A stretch of DNA of 64,000 bases from Macrostomum hystrix (Eukaryota > Animalia > Platyhelminthes), in assembly GCA_950097015.1 (NCBI GenBank), contig CATNEN010000001.1, positions 8,494,001-8,558,000 of the forward strand, written 5' to 3'. The notes beneath the pieces are model-generated. The model worked only from the letters and a program-made list of their open reading frames with translations. It did no database searches and was not told the origin of the DNA. This document shows positions 45,801 through 59,741 of this stretch, piece by piece. Within the stretch, counting starts at the first letter, position 1, and each line of letters opens with the position of its first letter. Both the position numbers and the translations under genes were made by a program.

Positions 45801-48800
45801 GATGAGACTGGGAGAGATGAGAAAGGGAGAAGATGAGATATAGGAGAGATGAGATATACTGGTAGGAGAGATGAGACATGGAGAGAGATAAGACAGGGGA
45901 CAGATGACACAGGGGAGAGATAAGACAGAGGAGAGATGAGACAGTGCAGAGATGAGACAGTGGAGAGATGAGACAGAGGAGAGATGAGACACTGGAAAGA
46001 TAAGACACAGGAGAGATGAGAAAGGGGAGAGAAGAGAGATGAGAAAGGGGAGAGATGAGATATAGGAGAGAAGAGACAGGGAGTAAATGAGTTGTTTAGA
46101 TGAGGCAGGGGGAGACAAACCGGTGGGTGAGAAACGGCCAATATTACAAAAAAGCTTTCACTTTAATTGCTTTCTAGCCGCACTTTCAAGACACATTAAG
46201 CTAGAAACACAGACTAGAAGCGAACCAAAACAGAACGCGCAGTCGTGGATGTTGGCAAAATTATTGGGAAAGTAAGAAATTAAACCTAGAAAGAAACTGC
46301 ATGTTTTCCCAACAGGCCAAGTAGAAATTAATTGGTTTAGCTAGATTGGGGAGGCAACTGGGAGTGGGATAAATCGAAAAATCGGCCAGCCCAGTGAGGG
46401 TTCTTCCTAACGCCCCACCAACTCGGAAAAATCCCTATTTTCTGCTAAGATGAGGCAAAAGTGACGGCAGAGAGTTGAAGGGCTTGGCTGGATGCTGCAG
46501 TTTGGGAAACTGGAATAGAAAGTAGGTGTACTGTACGCGGGTAGGAATTAGAAAAGTAAAGATTAAACCGAAAATTCCAAAAAAAATCCCAGATTCAAAA
46601 TAAGAAAGTGACAATTGATTATAATGACATTTCTCAGATCTGAAAGTGTTTTCTCAATCTGCAGAAATAAAAAGATTATTAAAAAATCGAGATTGTAGCA
46701 AAAAGTTATGAAAACAAATATCTTCTTATATTAATGGGATCTTTGGCAATGGGAAACTGGCCAGAACGGAAGGGACTTATCTAAGAGCTCTAATTTCTTA
46801 TTCGAAGGGATTTTAGAGTGACAAGACAGTCAAGGAGAGATCCAAAGGATTAGTCATTCTAGGAAATGTATAACATAATAAAGACATATACGTAGGCATC
46901 GCCTAGGCAAAACAGTGTTACATAGGCTGATCGCTAATCGAATTTCCCCCCGACGATTACAAAACTAGGACAGAAAATACATGCCACCGGCTATTTACCA
47001 TTTGGTCTCAGGATGACTCAGAAAGTGAAATTGTGCTTGTGCTATCCGAGATCATAGAAACTATATTGGATCGGAAACAGTACTGTCTTTAGATTGAGTC
47101 TGAGGATCTGAAACAGCACTGTCTTTAGATTGAGTCTGAGGATCTGACACAGCACTGTCTTTAGATTGAGTCGGAGGATCTGAAACAGCACTGTCTTTAG
47201 ATTGAGTCGGAGGATCTGACACAGCAGTCTTTAGATTGAGTCTGGGGATCTGAAACAGCAGTCTTTAGATTGAGTCTGAGGATCTGACACAGCACTGTCT
47301 TTAGATTGAGTCTGAGGATCTGACACAGCACTGTCTTTAGATTGAGTCTGAGGATCTGACACAGCACTGTCTTTAGATTGAGTCGGAGGATCTGACACAG
47401 CAGTCTTTAGATTGAGTCTGGGGATCTGAAACAGCAGTCTTTAGATTGAGTCGGAGGATCTGATCGGACAAGCAAGCTTTGGACCTAAAAGCATGCTTCA
47501 CAGTGCTACTATGTAAAAACATAAGCGAGAGTAAAACAGAAAATAATCCTTTAGCACAACCAGATCCCACGACAGAGAAAACTGATTGACGAATTTTTAG
47601 GCGCCCAAAAACCTCTGTGACATTTTCAAGTTACAAAATCTAGTAACAGAATTCAAGCATTTGAAGCTTTGCTGCAGTTGTCAAATTTAACACCAACACG
47701 GAGGATACAGACAGGAGACAGCTTCAAGCAGTCACTGTCCGTTCATACGACTATAAAGAACTTTTAATTAGTCAACTGAACATGCTGCTAGTCACAAATG
47801 AACAGTCAAAAGTAGTGAAAAGAGAAGAAAAGAGACAAAGACGAAAAAAAAATTAAGGAAATTTAACTTCAAAGATCTTTTTCGGAAAGAAAATGAAATG
47901 GACAGAACCCGACCTAATCAATCTAACTAGTAGTTAAAGTAACGGTTCTTTTCCTAGTTTTCAGACTAATCAATACTAGAACACGAACAGCACACACAAG
48001 GGTTTTCCATCATTCATTTTAGCATTAATTTAAAAGAATATAATTATTCCGCTTTTTAGTTAGTTAAATTTTAATGCCGAGCGCAAGCAAGTCCCTTTTC
48101 ATTCTTTTAACAGAGGATTATTTAGGCTCATGTATGCACATATGACAGGGAATTCGTTGAAAACATTTTTAAATGAGAATGCGCGAGGGAGATTAGCGGA
48201 GAGAGAGGAGAGGGGCGGAGAGAGAAGAGGGGGCAGAGAGAGGGGAGGGGCAGAGAGAGAGGAGGGGCAGAGAGAGAGGAGGGGCAGAGAGAAAGGAGGG
48301 GCAGAGAGAGGAGAGGGGCAGAGAGAGAGGAGGAGCGGAGAGAGAGGAGAGGGGCAGAGAGAGGAGAGGGGCGGAGAGGGAAGGGGGACGGAGAGGAGAG
48401 GGGCGGAGAGGAGAGGGGCGGAGAGGAGAGGGGCGGAGAGGAGAGGGGCGGAGAGGAGAGGGGCGGAGAGGAGAGGGGCGGAGAGGAGAGGGGCGGAGAG
48501 GAGAGGGGCGGAGACGAGAGGGGCGGAGAGGAGAGGGGCGGAGAGGAGAGGGGCGGAGAGGAGAGGGGCGGAGAGGAGAGGGGCGGAGAGGAGAGGGGCG
48601 GAGAGGAGAGGGGCGGAGAGGAGAGGGGCGGAGAGGAGAGGGGCGGAGAGGAGAGGGGCGGAGAGGAGAGGGGCGGAGAGGAGAAGGGCGGAGAGGAGAG
48701 GGGCGGAGACGAGAGGGGCGGAGAGGAGAGGGGCGGAGAGGAGAGGGGCGGAGAGGAGAGGGGCGGAGAGGAGAGGGGCGGAGAGGAGAGGGGCGGAGAG

Positions 48801-51800
48801 GAGAGGGGCGGAGAGGAGAGGGGCGGAGAGGAGAGGGGCGGAGAGGAGAGGGGTGGAGAGGAGAGGGGCGGAGAGGAGAGGGGCGGAGAGGAGAGGGGCG
48901 GAGAGGAGAGGGGCGGAGACGAGAGGGGCGGAGAGGAGAGGGGCGGAGAGGAGAGGGGCGGAGAGGAGAGGGGCGGAGAGGAGAGGGGCGGAGACGAGAG
49001 GGGCGGAGAGGAGAGGGGCGGAGAGGAGAGGGGCGGAGAGGAGAGGGGCGGAGAGGAGAGGGGCGGAGAGGAGAGGGGCGGAGAGGAGAAGGGCGGAGAG
49101 GAGAGGGGCGGAGACGAGAGGGGCGGAGAGGAGAGGGGCGGAGAGGAGAGGGGCGGAGAGGAGAGGGGCGGAGAGGAGAGGGGCGGAGACGAGAGGGGCG
49201 GAGAGGAGAGGGGCGGAGAGGAGAGGGGCGGAGAGGAGAGGGGCGGAGAGGAGAGGGGCGGAGAGGAGAGGGGCGGAGAGGAGAAGGGCGGAGAGGAGAG
49301 GGGCGGAGAGGAGAGGGGCGGAGACGAGAGGGGCGGAGAGGAGAGGGGCGGAGAGGAGAAGGGCGGAGAGGAGAGGGGCGGAGAGGAGAGGGGCGGAGAG
49401 GAGAGGGGCGGAGAGGAGAAGGGCGGAGAGGAGAGGGGCGGAGAGGAGACGGGCGGAGAGGAGAGGGGCGGAGAGGGAAGGGGGACGGAGAGGAGAGGGG
49501 CGGAGAGGAGACGGGCGGAGAGGAGACGGGCGGAGAGGAGAGGGGCGGAGGGGCAATAGAATGGCATAATGCGAAATGAAATGAATGATCATGAAATGCA
49601 TGATCAAATAACAAAGGCAAAAATTCTAAATGCAAACAGAAAAGTGAAAGTGGATTCACAGAAACGCGGCTAGCACGCAAATAGGAATAAATTTTCAGCC
49701 CAAACCAGCCAGCTAGTCGTACAGCTCTGCATTGGCTATATTATTATAGCCTATAACTGGTAAAATGAGACTCAAGTCACGCATCTGCATAGGCAGGCAA
49801 GCTGCGTCACAGCTCAATCAGCCGTGTATAATAGACCGCTTTCTCACTCTTACTACGCTGTGTATGTGTCAGACTCAGTGGAGCGTATAGGAGAGTGAGA
49901 GAGAGAGTCTAGGAAAGAGAATGGGAGATTAGCTAAGCGGACAAGCTGAGGAAGATGAATTCTCCCGACAATATATATACATAATCAAATAAATGTGTCC
50001 TACCTTTGTGATTTTATATACTCGTATTTGTTGAAGTGGCCCTGAAGGATGTTTGTTGAAGAGGACCTGAAGGATGTTTGTTGAAGAGGACCTGAAGGAT
50101 GTTTGTTGAAGAGGACCTGAAGGATGTTTGTTGAAGAGGACCTGAAGGATGTTTGTTGAAGAGGACCTGAAGGATGTTTGTTGAAGAGGACCTGAAGGAT
50201 GTTTGTTGAAGAGGACCTGAAGGATGTTTGTTGAAGAGGACCTGAAGGATGTTTGTTGAAGAGGACCTGAAGGATGTTTGTTGAAGAGGACCTGAAGGAT
50301 GTTTGTTGAAGAGGACCTGAAGGATGTTTGTTGAAGAGGACCTGAAGGATGTTTGTTGAAGAGGACCTGAAGGATGTTTGTTGAAGAGGACCTGAAGGAT
50401 GTTTGTTGAAGAGGACCTGAAGGATGTTTGTTGAAGAGGACCTGAAGGATGTTTGTTGAAGAGGACCTGAAGGATGTTTGTTGAAGAGGACCTGAAGGAT
50501 GTTTGTTGAAGAGGACCTGAAGGATGTTTGTTGAAGAGGACCTGAAGGATGTTTGTTGAAGAGGACCTGAAGGATGTTTGTTGAAGAGGACCTGAAGGAT
50601 GTTTGTTGAAGAGGACCTGAAGGATGTTTGTTGAAGAGGACCTGAAGGATGTTTGTTGAAGAGGACCTGAAGGATGTTTGTTGAAGAGGACCTGAAGGAT
50701 GTTTGTTGAAGAGGACCTGAAGGATGTTTGTTGAAGAGGACCTGAAGGATGTTTGTTGAAGAGGACCTGAAGGATGTTTGTTGAAGAGGACCTGAAGGAT
50801 GTTTGTTGAAGAGGACCTGAAGGATGTTTGTTGAAGAGGACCTGAAGGATGTTTGTTGAAGAGGACCTGAAGGATGTTTGTTGAAGAGGACCTGAAGGAT
50901 GTTTGTTGAAGAGGACCTGAAGGATGTTTGTTGAAGAGGACCTGAAGGATGTTTGTTGAAGAGGACCTGAAGGATGGTTGTTGAAGAGGACCTGAAGGAT
51001 GTTAGTTGAAGAGGCCCTGAAGGATGGTTTTTTGTTGACTGAGGGCCAATGGATGTACTTTAATGCTTAGAGTTAGGCAGTAAAGAAATTCAAATACTAA
51101 TATCCCATTGTACTAAATGGTAACTGTATATCGCTTAACAATCTCAGGATTTGATTTCCCAAAGCGGCGGGCTTGAGTCAGTCTAGAGTCAACTCGGGTC
51201 AGTACGCGGGATAGGAAGAGAATGAAAAGGAAAATGACAGAGTGCAATGGATTGAATCCAGTGTGAAAAGAGGACGCACGGACTAGGAGACAGACTGGAA
51301 GCAAACAAGCTCGCTATCCTTCTATATCTCCCCCTATATCAATTTGAATTTTGTATCGATTCCTAGAGAATACAAAACCCTCGTCTCCCACGCAAGGCTC
51401 AGAGAGACTTTGGTATAGAAAGTGAGGGAAGAGAAAAACTAGCAACTGCACATATATCCCCTTCGCACTATACTTTATTATCCCAAATCCCTAGGCGAAT
51501 AAACAGATGGAAAAATCCCAGATATCAGGGATGCCTTAGCAACTGCAGCACTATATGCTCAGGCCACCTTAACGAATGGGGCTTGTATATTCAACTCCGC
51601 TATTTGGGATACTATAGCGGCATTTTATCCTCTAAACACAAATTCTAAAAAAGTCCCTAGCAGTAGGATTAATTTCGTTATGTTTTTTTTGTAAAAGCCG
51701 ACAAAAAAATTCATTTATGCATGCAAATATCTGATTCACTTTTAGCTAAAACGTGGAATGAAAACAACGATTTCCTAAGTAGCGGATTATTTGCGAAATG

Positions 51801-54800
51801 TTGGGGATATAATGTAGGGGATAATGTCTCTATTTTACGGGATAATGTAATTACTCTAGAGGATAATGTGTCTACTGTACGGGAAAATGTGTCCACTCTC
51901 GGGGATAATTTACCTCCTGTAGGGATAATTTGCGTACTTTGGGGATAAATTAACTACTGTAGGGGATGTTTCTACTGTAGGGAATAATGTGTCTACTGTA
52001 GGGGATAATGTCTCTACTGTAGGGGATAATGTCTCTACTGTAGGGGATAATGTCTCTACTGTAGGGGATAATTTCTCTGCTGTAGGGGATAATGTCTTTA
52101 CTGTAGGGGATAATGTGTCTACTGTAGGGGATAATGTCTTTACTGTTGGGGATAATGTCTCTACTGTAGGGGATAATGTGTCTACTGTAAGGGATAATGT
52201 GTCTACTGTAGGGGAGATTGTGTCTACTGTAGGGGATAATGTGTCTACTGTAGGGGATAATGTGTTTACTGTTGGGGATAATGTCTCTACTGTAGGGGAT
52301 AATGTGTTTACTGTTGGGGATAATGTCTCTACTGTAGGGGATAATGTGTCTACTGTAAGGGATAATGTGTCTACTGTAGGGGATAATGTCTCTACTGTAG
52401 GGGATAATGTCTCTACTGTAGGGGATAATGTCTCTACTGTAGGGGATAATGTGTCTACTGTAAGGGATAATGTGTCTACTGTAGGGGATAATGTGTCTTC
52501 TATAGAAGATCATTTAATTACTGAAGGCGATAATTTGCGTACATAACCGGATACGAGCGTAACTTGACAATTGCAAGGGGAAGTAAGTTATAATTTGACA
52601 AACTAAGAAAATATATTCAGCTTAAAACGAAGTTTAAAAATGGGTTTACTGGGCTTTGTGGGTTAACTGCTGCGTTCGCTGCAGAATTATATATATATAT
52701 CGTTAGCAAATGATTGGATGAAACTATTTTAATAAATGGTTAGTTGCGATTTATATTAAGGTGTGTAATAATGCAGTCAAACTTGCGCTAAAAGTACGTC
52801 TGCAAGCTTTGTTAAATTCACAAAGGCTGTAAGACAGCATATGAAATAACCATTTCTAAACATTTTCAAAGCACACACTGAAAGTTTTAGTACCAACAAC
52901 AATAATCGTAAATTTCATTTTCTGACTATTTTAACGTCAAACAAAACGTTATTTTCTATATTCTACCGGTCCAGTCTAGAAGATAAAGGTCACATAAGGG
53001 TAGAAACTGGCGAAATATTATCATACACTAATTATGATAGGAAAACTGCTAGAAAAACAGCAACACATGCAAGAAAGTGTTATTGTATTTTCTACTTTCA
53101 TAGAAACTCCACATAGCCACAGTTATGATAAAATCAGGAAGGTTAGTCTGACACCAATACAAGAAGAAAATTTTAATGTAGCACGGATGCTTTTATCACT
53201 ATTTTTTTAAAATCAAATTCGTGCCAATGCTCTTTGTTTAAATCCGCTAAATATTCTGTCGAATTTGTTCACTTCAACAAACTTATGCGTAAATAAACGA
53301 TTGCAATTTCTGTGAGACTAATTTCTGATGATAATCGCAGGGTATGAGGAGTTGAAACGGCCCTTTTCAGGGCCACCAGCTTAAATAACTTTGGGAATTA
53401 AATTTGAAAACGAATAATTTTTTAAACGAAAATAATATTCTAATTTATAATTTTTCGTTACTTTTCAAGCGTTACTTGCAGTTAAATTACAAAAGAAGCT
53501 TACCTAGCCACTTAGCCATCAGAACCTTGTCGTCCTGTGTCTTTTGAGTTCCACTAGGAGCAGCAGCAGCAACAGGTTCCTCAGCAGGAGTGGCAATGAT
53601 GATTACTCGAATAAATGACTTTCTAGATTCTGGCACACTACAGTCGCTAGCTGTAACTCGAAGCAGAAATTTCTGCTCGGCCTCAGTTGGTACCAGTGGC
53701 ATTTTTAGCCGAATAACACCTGAAAAATTATAAACCATTATTTTGCTTTAGACGAAAGAATTAACGAAGAATGAAGCCACTATCATTTCAGAAGATAATG
53801 ATTTTATTCCGCGTCACATTTAATTATAACAGGGATTGGAGCACAGAACCCTTAATGGAAACTATACTCGTAGTTAATCTAATTACCTAATTAGCAATGT
53901 CATGTCTTTCAGAAAGTTGCTAACCTTATTTGAAATCTCGAAGCTCATAAAGGATTTCATAACAACCCTAAATCATGTTAATTAAATACACATATAAGAT
54001 ATAATAAGATCCTAGAAATCCATCTAATCTCTTTAATAATCCTACGCGAAACTAGACTAGCAATCCATCTAATCTCATTGAGAATCCCCACACGAGACTG
54101 GACTAGCAATCCATCTAATCTCATTGAGAATCCCCACACGAGACTAGACTAGCAATCCATCTAATCTCTTCGAGAATCCCCACACGAGACTAGACTAGCA
54201 ATCCATCTAATCTCTTCGAGAATCCCCACACGAGACTGGACTAGCAATCCATCCAATCTCATTGAGAATCCCCACACGAGACTGGACTAGCAATCCATCC
54301 AATCTCATTGAGAATCGCCACACGAGACTAGACTAGCAATCCATCCAATCTCATTGAGAATCCCCACACGAGACTGGATTAGCAATCCATCCAATCTCAT
54401 TGAGAATCCCCACACGAGACTAGACTAGCAATCCATCCAATCTCATTGAGAATCCCCACACGAGACTGGACTAGCAATCCATCTAATCTCTTCGAGAATC
54501 CCCACACGAGACTAGACTAACAATCCATCTAATCTCTTTAAGAATCCTACGCGAAACTAGACTAGCAATCCATCTAATCTCTTCGAGAATCCCCACACGA
54601 GACTAGACTAGCAATCCATCCAATCTCATTGAGAATCCCCACACGAGACTAGACTAGCAATCCATCCAATCTCATTGAGAATCCCCACACGAGACTGGAC
54701 TAGCAATCCATCTAATCTCTTCGAGAATCCCCACACGAGACTAGACTAGCAATCCATCTAATCTCATTCAGAATCCCCAAACGAGACTAGACTAACAATC

Positions 54801-57759
54801 CATCTAATCTCTTTAAGAATCCTACGCGAAACTAGACTAGCAATCCATCTAATCTCTTCGAGAATCCCCACACGAGACTGGACTAGCAATCCATCCAATC
54901 TCATTGAGAATCCCCACACGAGACTAGACTAGCAATCCATCCAATCTCATTGAGAATCCCCACACGAGACTGGACTAGCAATCCATCTAATCTCTTCGAG
55001 AATCCCCACACGAGACTAGACTAACAATCCATCTAATCTCTTTAAGAATCCTACGCGAAACTAGACTAGCAATCCATCTAATCTCTTCGAGAATCCCCAC
55101 ACGAGACTGGACTAGCAATCCATCCAATCTCATTGAGAATCCCCACACGAGACTAGACTAGCAATCCATCCAATCTCATTGAGAATCCCCACACGAGACT
55201 GGACTAGCAATCCATCCAATCTCTTCGAGAATCCCCACACGAGACTAGACTAGCAATCCATCTAATCTCTTCGAGAATCCCCACACGAGACTGGACTAGC
55301 AATCCATCTAATCTCTTCGAGAATCCCCACACGAGACTAGACTAGCAATCCATCTAATCTCTTCAAGAATCCCCACACGAGACTAGACTAGCAATCCATC
55401 TAATCTCATTGAGAATCCCCACGCGAGACTAGACTAGAAATCCATCTAATCTCATTGAGAATCCCCACACGAGACTAGACTAGCAATCCAATCCAGAGAC
55501 AACTCACCAGCGCCGTCAATGTCGAATGGCACCACAGTTCCTTTACCATCGAAGGCTACAGGATCTTTTTCGATTTCATAGCGACAAACATCTGCAGATT
55601 TGTGCAATTCAATGGCTTGCAGACGCATCACAATGGAACCAATCGAGGTGGACTGGGCAATCCTAGCTGTGTACCGATCGGGCTGAGAGAATACTGGGAC
55701 TTCCCATTCAGCGACGCGAAGCATAACTGGCACACGACTGGAGTGCAGCATGGGATTGTCGCAGTTAAATGCCGAGATGTCGAAGTCAAAAAATGTTTCA
55801 GCGGCCGTGGCAGAGGCATTGATCTTGTTGCCTGAGATAATATGTAAAATTTATAATGTGTTAAATTTGTCAATATAAAATGCAACTGTAAAGATATCAG
55901 TTAATATTTCGGATCTCATTGACTGGTATCGACCGAGAGCTCTAGTTTTCCGGAATCGACCGAAACTTCTGGCAAAGTGGAATCAACCGAAATTTATGGT
56001 CAAGTGGAATCGACCGAATCTTCTGGTGAATTGAAATCGACCGAATCTTCTAGTGAATTTGAATCGACCGAAACTGCTGGCAAAGTGGAATCAACCGAAA
56101 TTTATGGTCAAGTGGAATCGACCGAAACTTCTGGCCAAGTGGAATCGACCGAAACTCCGGGCTTAATGGAATCAACCGAAATTTGTGGTCAAGTGGAATC
56201 GACCGAAACTCCTGGCTTAATGGAATAAATCGAAATTTGTGGTCAAGTGGAATCGACCGAAACTCCTGGCTTAATGGAATAAATCGAAATTTGTGGTCAA
56301 GTGGAATCGACAGAAACTACTGGCTTAATGGAATAAATCGAAATTTTTGGTCAAGCGGATTGACCGAAACTTCTGCTCTAAGTGGAATCGACCAAAACTT
56401 CTTGGCAAGTGGAATCCACCGAAACTTCTGGTCTACTAAAATCAATAGACACTTCGCTTAGACTAGATAAGAACAATGCTGAAGAAGCAAATAAATCTCA
56501 GAACTCACCATAGACAGATAGGTCAACGCCATCCTTTGCAAAAATCTGGCCAGTACCCTGAATCGGATCACGCAGCCTGATCTCTACTGGAGGTGCAGTG
56601 CTGCCGCGCTGATGTAGTTTAAAGCCACACACCAGTTTAGCAAAGTTGGCATCGTCACTTTGAATGACAGCTCTAATTGGTGGCTCAACAACCACTACGC
56701 GAGTGTTCCAGTAAAGTGCAGCCTTGTAACTAGCTACTTCTTTGCCATTTGGTGCTTGAAGTTCAATTTTGCCAGTTGAAGTAGCAACAGCCATATAGAA
56801 CAGCTCTGATCCAAGTGCCAATACAAGGCACAGTTGAATGATGGCAACTAAAAAATGTTTATTTACATATTATAGTTTATACAGTTTATATATCAGTCAC
56901 ATAAAATTTATATTTTAAAGCATATATTGTATATTTAACTAGCAACCAAGACCCATTTTGGGGCTAAAAAATTGTATTTTAAGGCCCTGAGAAAAAAGTA
57001 AAGTGATTTAACATAAAAAGTATTTAAATACATAAAAACATAAGCATAAACACCTTAACAAATCATTCTAGCCATTTGATAGACTTGTTATCCAACAATA
57101 ATTATTATTGTAGAGACGGCATATTTCTATTACACATTTAATGTAATAATTAATGGACTAGTTTCAATGCTATTTTAAAAGCTATAGTTTTTGTTGCACA
57201 AATTAATTTACAATGGCTATATTAAAAAACAGCATATAGATACCTTAATATGGCCTTTAGAATTTGTAAATAAAAATAACATAAAATGCATGTTTAAAAA
57301 TTTGCTTCTAAAAAATAACATTTATACTTATAGTCATTATAGCCTATCAAGTTAAAAATTATAAAAATTATAAAAAACTGTAGCTTTGATGTACACATAC
57401 ATTTAGAAATAGGTCAAGATTATAAGCAACATCTTGAATTAATTTATACAAATATTAAGCAAATAAAATAAGAAATTGAACTTTTAAGTTAGGAAAACAA
57501 AAAATGTGGCCCAATATTACATAGTTTATACATGTAAAGATATTAAAAAAGTACATTTGTATTATATTACTACCATAATTATTTTGTATTCAATAAATGC
57601 AATTTTCACCCTTTGTGTATTACAATAAGCCCACGACTTGTTTTCTGCTCTTTAGTAAGAATTGTCCATTACAAATAATGTCGAAGCTGTGTAGCAAACA
57701 AAATTTACAATACCAACAAAAAAATTAAGATATTTACCTGTTCGAAGAGAGTCGCCCAT
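33885..57759 (-). CDS. CLSTN: Calsyntenin/alcadein (cadherin repeats, LamG/LNS domain, TM helix, acidic tail with two W-acidic motifs)
   Basis: Exons 57759-57738, 56847-56509, 55831-55508, 53719-53504, 42901-42710, 42291-41708, 41319-40931, 39694-39187, 35679-35179, 34241-33885; the last acceptor is less certain. Motifs: signal peptide, [32 protein letters not shown]...[46 protein letters not shown] and QLEWDDS. Confidence 0.9.
34340..34610 (+). mobile_element. tRNA-derived SINE, family A (diverged copy)
   Basis: gagctcgaatc B-box-like motif, and body acagtgagagtgtacactgcctgacgatgagaaagtcagggcag...cattgcccacagccctcc shared with the 6508 and 19438 copies. Confidence 0.65.
36100..38218. repeat. 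22-bp pyrimidine-rich minisatellite (TCTCCCTCCCTGCCTCTCACTG), about 2.1 kb
   Basis: Visible array; explains the 786-aa and 756-aa low-complexity ORFs. Confidence 0.96.
38921..39165. repeat. About 14-bp purine-rich repeat (GAGGCAGGGAGGGA), reverse complement of the 22-bp array core
   Basis: Visible array ending about 20 bp from the donor at 39186. Confidence 0.9.
39865..40860. repeat. Diverged 20-bp minisatellite (ACGATAAAGTGCCATTTTCT)
   Basis: About 50 degenerate units in intron 39695-40930. Confidence 0.9.
43404..43441 (-). mobile_element. Candidate Helitron 3' terminus
   Basis: Minus strand: hairpin GGATGTAC-ttttag-GTACATCC, 12-nt spacer, CTAG, then T. 5' TC end not identified. Confidence 0.4.
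43974..44862. repeat. 42-bp minisatellite (TCCCAGATCCCAAAACTGTCGCTAATCCCTGAGAAACAGACT) with 169-bp higher-order period
   Basis: About 21 units. A 43-bp variant recurs about every fourth unit; ORF starts 44322, 44491 and 44660 are 169 bp apart. Confidence 0.93.
45582..46110. repeat. Degenerate purine-rich GAGAGATGAGAC-type repeat (related tract at 43060-43222)
   Basis: Visible low-complexity tandem units. Confidence 0.85.
47074..47462. repeat. 34-36-bp minisatellite (GATCTGAAACAGCACTGTCTTTAGATTGAGTCTGAG)
   Basis: About 11 visible units. Confidence 0.92.
48197..49553. repeat. 15-bp purine-rich minisatellite (GAGAGGAGAGGGGCG)
   Basis: Visible array of about 1.35 kb; explains the AERRG, SAPLL and SSPPL ORFs. 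Confidence 0.96.
50027..51027. repeat. 25-bp near-perfect minisatellite (GAAGGATGTTTGTTGAAGAGGACCT), about 39 copies
   Basis: Visible, essentially invariant array. Confidence 0.97.
51805..52498. repeat. 21-bp minisatellite (CTACTGTAGGGGATAATGTCT)
   Basis: Visible array; explains the STVGDNV and IIPYSRD ORFs. Confidence 0.94.
54018..55495. repeat. 46-bp minisatellite (AATCCATCTAATCTCATTGAGAATCCCCACACGAGACTAGACTAGC), about 32 copies
   Basis: Visible array ending about 12 bp from the donor at 55507. Confidence 0.96.
55930..56431. repeat. Diverged minisatellite with GTGGAATCGACCGAAA core (unit about 27 bp)
   Basis: Visible degenerate array in intron 55832-56508. Confidence 0.88.
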
Positions 57760-58029
57760 AATTAAATGTTGAAAAAACAGATTAGCTGGAAAATATTTCG
57801 CTGAGGCTGCAATCGTTTGCAAATCTTGTAAGTCAGGACACCTTGCCTAAAAAATCTTTTGATTACAGAACTTAAAAAACTCGCAAATAACATATAAAAA
57901 TATTGAATTGCAAAGTTTTAATACATAAACATTATAAATTTGAACTTGCTGTTCTAAAAGCTAAAACTGTGTGTTTTTTATAATAAATCTTAAGAATGCA
58001 GTTATGTTTTGATAAACTACGCATAAATA

Positions 58030-58040
58030 AAAATGGCGGC
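58030..58040 (+). promoter_or_regulatory. YY1-like motif in the candidate bidirectional promoter between calsyntenin and LBR-like
   Basis: AAAATGGCGGC matches the YY1/Pho consensus. It lies about 270 bp from the calsyntenin ATG and upstream of a possible LBR 5' UTR donor near 58205. Confidence 0.45.
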
Positions 58041-59741
58041 CATGGAATTTCAAAGTCAACTTTTTGTCGCCGTTTCATCCGAACGTAGTTTTTGTTTTCG
58101 TACTTAGCGCGCCGCGTGGAATATTAGAGTTCATTTGTTAGTATTTTTTATCGTCGCTATTTTTGTGTTCTCTTAACGTTTTAACCACTATACGCATTCT
58201 GTAGGTAGTATCAGTTGCTGTCAATATACATATCTTCTGTTTTGCTTATGTCTAGTGCTACGCCAAAATGTGCTATAGCCTGCAGCCCTCCTGTAGTTTT
58301 TTGCCACCAATATCATTTACTATTCCTTCATTTAACTGTTTTTGTTGGGCCTAATATAAGTTTTTGTAAAATAACTTTTTAGGATTGCTTATAAAGATCA
58401 AAAAGACTACAAGCAGTTAGAAGCTTGTCAATAGGCCCTTATTTTATTCCATGTTTTTATTCCACCCTTAAATTAAAACATGTTATATGTTTAAAAGTTA
58501 TTAAGCAAGAAAGAGATTAAATCCAGTAGGCCTAATGTGCATTCATTCTGTCTGCCACCCTTTTGTCTGCTGGCAAACAAAATGACCATTTTTAAAAAAA
58601 GTATGAGAGTTATTAAGAACATTTTTTCTAAAACATTTCTTTAATGCCTTTTACAAAAAGTTTATTTATAGTGATAAATATTGTTATTGTTAGCAAAACA
58701 AAAAATATAAACTTTATTTAATTGCATTATTCATAGAAAAATTATCTGAATTTTGAAACTGTCTTTCAAGAAGAATATTTCAGTTTTTTATGGCTTTAGC
58801 TTTAGCTTTCATGGATAATTATTATTTGCTATGCTGTTGTTACATCTAGGCAGCATGCCCTTCAGTGTGACAGATGTGACTATTGGCAACATTGAAAGTG
58901 CAATTGGGTGATGTGTATATATTTGCTTTTTAGTTTTTTGTATTTATAGGTTATTTAGTAGGCCTTCCTTGGAACTTTCAGAAAATAACTTTATAAAATG
59001 ATAAATTACAAGACATAATTAGTTATTCTGACAAATTCCTATGATAGTAGATATATGGATCATATCATATATTGGCAGATAAAATGACTATGTTGTATAT
59101 TGGCAGACAAATAGATGGCAGATAAAATGGCTATCAGCCAATCTTGTCTAGACATAGGCCTAGAGCTAGTGGTTGCATCAAGTACAAACATGATGCTTCC
59201 AAAAACAAAGCCATCAGCAAGACAATAAATTGTATAATTATTAGCTTTAAGAAAATATAACCCTGGCTTTCTAGTCTCTAAAGTGATGGCAGTGATGGCA
59301 AAAAGAAAAATATATGTTAGAAGGAAATGCCTTCAGGCTGTACTCCAGACCCAAATGTATGGCTCTGTTATATTAACTACATTAACATTATCTTTCACAA
59401 AGACTTGTTTACAATATAAATTGATAAGCTGAGTTATCCTTTAGAAAGAGTTGCTTATATATAAATCACTGTTCAAAAATACAAAATTTACAAGATCCTA
59501 TAAAAAGCCACTTAATTTTTCTAAATCTTATTTACATAGCTAACTAAGAACTTTATGGTTTTTATGTATTGTAAGCAGAATTAATATTAAAAAGCTTACT
59601 GTTTTCATCAAGACAAATATTTAACATTATTTTTTTAACTGTTCCAGCTATTTCAGACAGATAAACATTGAATTGCCTTTGCTAGCCAAGCTCAACACAA
59701 AGACAAAGCTTTAGACAAGACCGAATCAAGAAGCATCCACA

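Noticed and set aside
48099-49680. About 480-500-aa extensin-like or AERRG ORFs on both strands
   Set aside because: Produced by a 15-bp repeat open in several frames; no signal peptide or splice support.
11338-55495. CRISPR-like appearance of the 20-46-bp arrays
   Set aside because: Units are head-to-tail with no unique spacers, there are no cas genes, and the context is eukaryotic introns.
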